A stretch of 64,000 nt of DNA from Candidatus Omnitrophota bacterium. GTDB taxonomy: Bacteria; Omnitrophota; Gorgyraeia; Zapsychrales; Fredricksoniimonadaceae. Positions 58,956-64,000 of the stretch are shown piece by piece; the first letter of the stretch is position 1; every line of letters starts with the position of its first letter. The stretch lies in the NCBI GenBank assembly GCA_903901225.1, contig CAIUQE010000010.1, positions 17,911 to 81,910 of the forward strand, given 5' to 3'. A program made the translations under genes and the position numbers. The notes below the pieces were generated by a model. That model had not been told where the DNA came from. It did not search any database and saw only the letters and a program-made list of their open reading frames with translations.

Positions 58956-60514
58956 AGGTCATCCGTAAGTTTTCTGGTTTTTTTCGTTTCTTTGGGTTTG
59001 TGCTGGAACGGGATGGCAAAGTGGAAAATAGTCCCGTGGCCGACCTCACTCGTGACCCACATGCGTCCGAAGTGGGCCTCGACGATGTTCTTCGCCAGCG
59101 CAAGGCCAAGGCCCGTGCCCTTGACTTTCATGTTGATCTCGTTGTCGACGCGGAAGAACTCGTCGAAAAGTTTGGAAAGGTCTTCTTTGGGGATGCCGAT
59201 GCCGGTGTCGGCGACCTCGAACAGGGCTTCCGCCCGCTCGAGGTTGGGGTGCCCGTTGACCGTGATGGTGCCTTGCGCGGGCGTGAACTTGATCGCGTTG
59301 CCGATAAGGTTGATGAACACGCGGTCCAGTTGGCTGGCGTCGTATTCGATCAGGGGCAGGTCGGCGGGAATGTTGAGCTTGAGCGTCACGCCCTTGTCCC
59401 GGAGTTGCGGCGTCAGCAGGTCGGCGATATTCTCGAGCATCGGCACCACGTTTTGCGGCAGGGCCTTCATTTCCACGCGGCCGGATTCGATCCTGGAAAT
59501 ATCCAGCAGGTCGTTGATGAGCTTGACCAGGTTGTCCGAATGCGTGTTGATCTTGGCGAGGCGCTCCTTGACGGCGTCAGGGATCGCGCCCACTTTTCCC
59601 GTCATGAGGATCGAGGCGTAGCCTTTGATGGAGGTCAGCGGCGTGCGCAGCTCATGTGAAACGGCGGAGATGAATTCGGATTTCTTTTTGGAGATGGTCT
59701 CGACTTCCTTGAGCGCGTGGGAGAGTTCGCGGGTCCTGTCATTGACCTTTGTTTCCAGTGTCCGGGTCGAGCGGTAGACCTGTTCGAAGAGCTGCGAGTT
59801 CTCGATGGACTGGGCCAGCTGCCCGGCCAGGATGGCGATGAGCTCTTCGTCGCCCTCGTTGACGGCCGGCGCGTTGTAGCGGTTGCCGACAAAAAGGGCC
59901 CCGGCCACGCCCCGCTGGGTCAGGAGCGGGGAGAGGATGAAATGTTCCGTCTCGAAAAGCTGGACGATGCGGGCCCTGGTCTTCTGGGATGAATTGAGCG
60001 AGGAAAAGGTCATGCCGTCGCGCAGCGCGCCGAGGAACTGGGTGTCCGCGGTCAATTCGGCCTGGATGCGTTCCTGCCGGGAAGGGTCGATCCCGATGTT
60101 GACCCGGGTGAGCAAGGCGCCGTTCTCCTCGTTGGTCAGCACCAGGGCGCTGGCGAAGCCAAGTTCCGACAGGAGGTCCTTGTTGATCTTCTGGAAGATC
60201 TCCTGTTCGTCCAGGGTCATGCTCATGGTGCGCGAAAGTTTCTGCAGGGTATTGAGGCCCTTGAGGCGCCTGTCGAGCTCTTCCTGGGTCTTGTTGAGCT
60301 CGAGGTCCGTCTTGACGATGAGCTTGGCCTGCTCATCCAGTTCGTTGAACGAATTGATCATCTTGTCGAAAGAGGCCTTGAGTTCCTTGTATTCCTCGGA
60401 TTTTCCGATCAGGAAATAAGCCAGGGCGCTCACCGCCGTGACAAGGATGAGGCTTGTCCCGACCAGAAAGGGCGTGATGCTGAAAGTATTGACGGGATAG
60501 GCTACATTGACCAT
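58952..60514 (-). CDS. Membrane-anchored sensor histidine kinase (TM - coiled coil - GAF - HisKA - HATPase_c)
   Basis: N-terminal TM helix. H-box SHELRTPLTSIKGYA. N/G boxes (GNAIKFT..., GTGLGLAL). Confidence 0.85.
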   Translation of the reverse strand: MVNVAYPVNTFSITPFLVGTSLILVTAVSALAYFLIGKSEEYKELKASFDKMINSFNELDEQAKLIVKTDLELNKTQEELDRRLKGLNTLQKLSRTMSMTLDEQEIFQKINKDLLSELGFASALVLTNEENGALLTRVNIGIDPSRQERIQAELTADTQFLGALRDGMTFSSLNSSQKTRARIVQLFETEHFILSPLLTQRGVAGALFVGNRYNAPAVNEGDEELIAILAGQLAQSIENSQLFEQVYRSTRTLETKVNDRTRELSHALKEVETISKKKSEFISAVSHELRTPLTSIKGYASILMTGKVGAIPDAVKERLAKINTHSDNLVKLINDLLDISRIESGRVEMKALPQNVVPMLENIADLLTPQLRDKGVTLKLNIPADLPLIEYDASQLDRVFINLIGNAIKFTPAQGTITVNGHPNLERAEALFEVADTGIGIPKEDLSKLFDEFFRVDNEINMKVKGTGLGLALAKNIVEAHFGRMWVTSEVGHGTIFHFAIPFQHKPKETKKTRKLTDDL

Positions 60515-60517
60515 GTT

Positions 60518-61744
60518 TTATCCGATCGCCAGGAGTGTCACGCTCCCGTTCAACAACTGGGTTGGAGCGACATGCCCGGCCGTTGCCGGCGCGGCTATTT
60601 CCGCGATCGTTTGCATTCCGAACACAGGCACACCGGCGCCCAGGATGTCGCGGATCGCCTGCAGGCCGTGGGTCGCGTGATACCCGAGGACTTTTTGCCG
60701 TGTGAAGGACTCGAACGCCAGGACAAATTTCGGCGGTTTGTCGAGAAAATGTTCCCGGATCTCCAGGGCCGCGTCCTGGATGGTCCGGCGGCAGGCGCTT
60801 TTGTCCATGATCATCAGGTGGACCGGGCTTCCCGCCGGTATTTCGCCCTGACATACGATACTACCGTCAGAAAGGATGTCAATGGGGATGCGGATCAAAT
60901 ATTCGCGTGGCGTGGCGGTCCCGATCCCCAGAGGGTAAAGCAGGCGCAGGTCATTGAGCTGGCCTGGCCGTAGGTCGGAGGGAGTGCCTTGCGACGCGCC
61001 GTTCGGCACTGGTGCGGCGTCCATGTTCTGGAAATAATTCCTGTAGAGGTGAGCTGCCGGCTGCTTGTCAATGGTGCGGATGATATTCCCGTCGGAGGCG
61101 TCGATGATCCGGGGCTTGCCCAGGGGTTTCCAGTTGTGCCGGGATGAAACGCACACGGCGCCGGCGCCGCCGATCATGAGGCCTATCGTGGTATCGATGA
61201 GGATCTGTGTCTGGTAGAAATGCCGCGTGAAGGCCAGTTGGCTGCTGTCCATGCTGATGGCGCCGATGACGGGCAAAGCACTCCCGAGCCCTTCGCGCAG
61301 GCCGGCGCACAGCTGGCTGCCGTTCTTGCGCAGGCCATCGTAAAAGAAAAGGAAGGCGCTGCGCTGGGGGAATTTGTAATCTTCGATGACGGCCTGGCTC
61401 AAGCGGAGCCCCGCTTCGCGGGTGGGAATGAGTCCGAGCCGGTCAATATCCGCGGCGCCGAAGTGAAGTTCATTGGAAATGATCGCCAGGATGCCGATGC
61501 CGCGCGGTTCGACGTGGTCTTGCACAATAATACCGGGCGTGATGGAGCCTATCAACCGCTGGGGCTGCAGGATCCGGCGCACGGTCTCCAGTCCTTCGGG
61601 GTTGGCGTAAGCAGTGGTCGTGAACAGGATGACCAGGTCTGTCCTGACGGCGTTCAATTGTGTCTTCACGTCGATGGCCGCGGCCTTGCAGGCTTCGAGG
61701 GGGTCCTTGATGGAGGAAAAGCCGATGGCGATCTGTGTGGGCAT
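60518..61744 (-). CDS. FIST-domain (FIST_N + FIST_C) sensory protein
   Basis: 408 aa. Matches the FIST architecture. Tightly linked upstream of the HK and RR. Confidence 0.75.
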   Translation of the reverse strand: MPTQIAIGFSSIKDPLEACKAAAIDVKTQLNAVRTDLVILFTTTAYANPEGLETVRRILQPQRLIGSITPGIIVQDHVEPRGIGILAIISNELHFGAADIDRLGLIPTREAGLRLSQAVIEDYKFPQRSAFLFFYDGLRKNGSQLCAGLREGLGSALPVIGAISMDSSQLAFTRHFYQTQILIDTTIGLMIGGAGAVCVSSRHNWKPLGKPRIIDASDGNIIRTIDKQPAAHLYRNYFQNMDAAPVPNGASQGTPSDLRPGQLNDLRLLYPLGIGTATPREYLIRIPIDILSDGSIVCQGEIPAGSPVHLMIMDKSACRRTIQDAALEIREHFLDKPPKFVLAFESFTRQKVLGYHATHGLQAIRDILGAGVPVFGMQTIAEIAAPATAGHVAPTQLLNGSVTLLAIG

Positions 61745-61808
61745 ACCCCTATTGTATGTCGCGCGAAAAGGCTGTCAACAAAAGGCATCCTTATCGTGAT
61801 ACGGGATA

Positions 61809-62150
61809 TCAGCCGATGGCCGGGGCCCCTTCTTCACCCGTGCGGATACGGATGCAGCGTTCCAGGTCCGTGACGAATATCTTACCATCACCGATCTTGC
61901 CCGTGCGCGCCCCCTTGATGATGGCCGCGATGGTGCGGTCAACAAAGGCCTCGTTCACGGCGATGTCCACCCGGATCTTGCGCAGGAGGTTGCCTGTTTC
62001 CTTGATGCCGCGGTAGAATTCGTCCACGCCGAACTGGCGGCCGTGGCCGAGGGCTTCACAGACCGTGATGAGGTTCACGTCGGCCGCGTAAAGTTCTTTT
62101 TTGACTTCGTCGAGCCTGTGGGGCTGGATGATGGCTGTGATGAGTTTCAT
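61809..62150 (-). CDS. glnK: Nitrogen regulatory protein P-II
   Basis: MKLITAIIQPHRLDEVK...T-loop GRQFG...Y (uridylylation Tyr)...DGKIFV. Directly downstream of amtB. Confidence 0.9.
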   Translation of the reverse strand: MKLITAIIQPHRLDEVKKELYAADVNLITVCEALGHGRQFGVDEFYRGIKETGNLLRKIRVDIAVNEAFVDRTIAAIIKGARTGKIGDGKIFVTDLERCIRIRTGEEGAPAIG

Positions 62151-62167
62151 GGTGATCCCTCCTTGAT

Positions 62168-63406
62168 TTATTCTAGCATGGTATAGGCGCGTTCAAAGTG
62201 CTGGGTCAGGTCCAGCCCCATGATCTCATCTTCGGGCGTGACCCTCAGTCCGATCGCTTTGTCGATCACGAAGGCGATGACGGCTGTACCCGCGGCGCAG
62301 TAAACGACCGTGAAGCACGCGGCCAGTAGTTCGGTCCTGAACGTGGCCATGTTGCCCAAAAGAAGCCCGTTGGCACCGGCGGGATTGACCGCGGTCGTGG
62401 CGAAAATGCCGGTGGCGATCATGCCCCAGAACCCGCCCACGCCGTGCACGCCGAAAGCGTCGAGGGAATCGTCGTAGCCGAATTTCTGCTTGATGGTGCT
62501 GACGGAATAAAAGCTCAAAGCCCCGATGACCAGGCCGATGAGGATGGCGGCTTTGGGTTCAACAAAGCCGCAGGCCGGGGTGATGGCCACGAGCCCCGCG
62601 ATGACGCCGGAGATCGTCCCGAACATGGTCGGTTTGCCGGTGGTAAGCCATTCCACGGCCGCCCAGCTGACCGCCGCGGCCGCCGCCGAAAGGTTGGTCG
62701 TGACGAAAGCGTTCGCCGCCACACCGTTGGCCGCCAGGGCAGATCCCGCGTTGAAGCCGAGCCAGCCGAACCAGAGCAGCCCACCACCGAGGACCACCAA
62801 CGGAAGGTTGTGGAGCGTCGGGCGGTTGAGGCCGATGCGTTTGCCGAGGATCAGGGAGGCCACGAGTCCCGCGACCCCGCAGTTGATCTCAACGACACAC
62901 CCGCCCGCGAAATCAAGGACGCCCTGGGAACGCAGCCAGCCGTCCGCGCCCCAGACCATGTGGCAAATCGGGATATAGACGAAGGTGAGCCAGGCCAGCG
63001 TGAAGACGAGGAACGCGGAGAACTTGAACCGTTCCACAAGGGAACCGATGATGACCGCGGGCGTGATGACCGCGAACATGGCCTGGAAGATCATGAAGGC
63101 GCTGTGGGGGATGGTCGGGGCGTAGTCTTTGTTGGGCGCCATGCCGACACCGTCGAGGCCAAGCCATTCGAAGCCGCCGATGAACCCGTTGCCCCGACCG
63201 AACGCGAGCGAATAACCGTAAATTGCCCAGGCCAGCAGGATGATCCCGAGGCAGGCGAAGCATTGCATGAGGATGGCGAGGATGTTCTTGCGGCGGACCA
63301 TGCCGCCGTAGAAGAACGCGAGGGCGGGCGTCATGAGCATGACAAGCCCCGCGGAGATGAGGACCCAGGCGGTGTCCCCGGCGTTGATGACAGGTGCTGT
63401 TCCCAT
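62168..63406 (-). CDS. amtB: Ammonium transporter
   Basis: ATG at 63406 with RBS AAGGAG. 11-12 TM helices. Amt signatures (GGMVRRKN, DFAGG, GAIAGLVAITPA-like). The track ORF extends upstream to 63532. Confidence 0.9.
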   Translation of the reverse strand: MGTAPVINAGDTAWVLISAGLVMLMTPALAFFYGGMVRRKNILAILMQCFACLGIILLAWAIYGYSLAFGRGNGFIGGFEWLGLDGVGMAPNKDYAPTIPHSAFMIFQAMFAVITPAVIIGSLVERFKFSAFLVFTLAWLTFVYIPICHMVWGADGWLRSQGVLDFAGGCVVEINCGVAGLVASLILGKRIGLNRPTLHNLPLVVLGGGLLWFGWLGFNAGSALAANGVAANAFVTTNLSAAAAAVSWAAVEWLTTGKPTMFGTISGVIAGLVAITPACGFVEPKAAILIGLVIGALSFYSVSTIKQKFGYDDSLDAFGVHGVGGFWGMIATGIFATTAVNPAGANGLLLGNMATFRTELLAACFTVVYCAAGTAVIAFVIDKAIGLRVTPEDEIMGLDLTQHFERAYTMLE

Positions 63407-63432
63407 TGAAGGCTCCTTCTTTGGAGTTTGGT

Positions 63433-63458
63433 ATTTTGGCAAGGATCCCTGCCAAAAT
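63433..63458 (-). promoter_or_regulatory. Palindrome ATTTTGGCA-N8-TGCCAAAAT 30-50 nt upstream of amtB. Looks like a sigma54 -24/-12 element but the spacer is 1 nt too long
   Basis: On the amtB strand reads TGGCAGGgatccTTGCC (GG-N11-GC versus canonical GG-N10-GC). Perfectly symmetric outer arms. Confidence 0.35.
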
Positions 63459-63604
63459 AAAAATACCCGGACCGTCCGAAAATAATTTCGGATGAACCGG
63501 GCATCATTGCCGTTCTGGATCGTCCCGCGCAAACGCCAGCGCCTGCTCAGGATTTGAAAATAATAATCGCGGGGGAGGGGAATGTCAAATTAAAAAAAGC
63601 ATAG

Positions 63605-63651
63605 GGGACATGTACCAAATCCGACCTTTGGATTTTGTACATGTCCCCTTG
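63605..63651. promoter_or_regulatory. Nested perfect palindrome GGGGACATGTAC-[caAATCC-gaccttt-GGATTtt]-GTACATGTCCCC abutting a TTGACT-16-TACAAT promoter for the downstream + gene
   Basis: 12-bp perfect inverted arms with an inner 6-bp inverted repeat. -35 TTGACT begins at 63652. Lies in the divergent region between amtB and a + strand secreted-protein gene. Confidence 0.45.
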
Positions 63652-63727
63652 ACTGCATGGAGTGGAAAGATACAATATTCATCATGGTGTATGAGTGGCT
63701 TTATTTTGTTTATGGGGAGGGCGGGGC

Positions 63728-64000
63728 ATGAAAAAGTTCGCCATTATTCTTATTTCTTTCTTTATTGCGTTTCCTGCGGGTGCGGACACTCCAAAAGCAG
63801 ACGAGCCTTCCTATACATTAAAACTAAAAGACGGCACTGTGAAGATATCGCTGCCGCAGGGTTGGGTCCAATATAAGCCTGAAGAGGCTGTTGGCAAGCC
63901 ATCGGCTGTTTTTATAAGAAGAAAATCAGATGGTGTTATTGAAGGGACGTTGGTTGTCGGTATAAATTACCTGGGTGACAATGCTCCATGTGGCACGAAG
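63728..64000 (+). CDS. Secreted protein, N-terminal part (3' end lies outside the window)
   Basis: RBS ggagg. MKKFAIILISFFIAFPAGADT signal peptide. Open through the window end. Not in the ORF track because no stop falls inside the window. Confidence 0.4.
   Translation, partial: MKKFAIILISFFIAFPAGADTPKADEPSYTLKLKDGTVKISLPQGWVQYKPEEAVGKPSAVFIRRKSDGVIEGTLVVGINYLGDNAPCGTK

Noticed and set aside
62444-63409. 321-aa + strand ORF rich in Asp/Glu/Arg/Gly
   Set aside because: Antisense to amtB. Low-complexity.
63433-63458. Canonical sigma54 promoter call for amtB
   Set aside because: GG-N11-GC spacing is one nt longer than the strict consensus on either strand. Kept only as a palindromic candidate site.
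63610-63876. 88-aa + ORF spanning the nested palindrome
   Set aside because: It covers the palindromic/promoter DNA and lies in a different frame from the signal-peptide ORF starting at 63728. No RBS.

Overview
High-GC (~60-65%) bacterial chromosomal segment, densely coding and mostly on the + strand in long, tightly spaced or overlapping operons. Contents in order: (1) a storage-polymer operon that fuses glycogen metabolism (glgP, glgB, GH57 enzyme) with polyphosphate metabolism (ppx, ppk1, CHAD protein, a metallophosphoesterase fused to a Ppx/GppA HD domain, a ROK glucokinase fused to an Mth938-like domain). (2) A vapBC toxin-antitoxin pair followed by a compositionally distinct, AT-richer island encoding a ~1040-aa secreted protein with a eukaryotic-type UDPGP (UDP-sugar pyrophosphorylase-like) core. 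(3) A TMTC-like TPR membrane protein and a PG-binding lipoprotein. (4) A fused etfB-etfA, an ETF-QO with ferredoxin tail, a GAF-ANTAR regulator, type III glutamine synthetase (glnN), a class-I GATase and nadE. (5) GT2 plus GT-C-like glycosyltransferases, gltB, gltD, a TPR lipoprotein, lnt and a Q/A-repeat secreted protein. (6) A WbpB/WbpD/GT2/WbpG/HisH/HisF-type acetamidino-sugar cluster. (7) carA-carB-purF-pyrG, a tRNA-Leu(GAG), rpe and an Flp-like prepilin with a Cys-rich tail. (8) On the minus strand, amtB-glnK-FIST-histidine kinase-response regulator(GGDEF-like). The window is unusually enriched for glutamine/ammonia metabolism, and several promoter regions carry conspicuous palindromes and tandem repeats. 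Several ORF-track starts are alternative codons (GTG/TTG); I re-picked starts from RBS and homology where possible. Long antisense ORFs are GC-driven artefacts.
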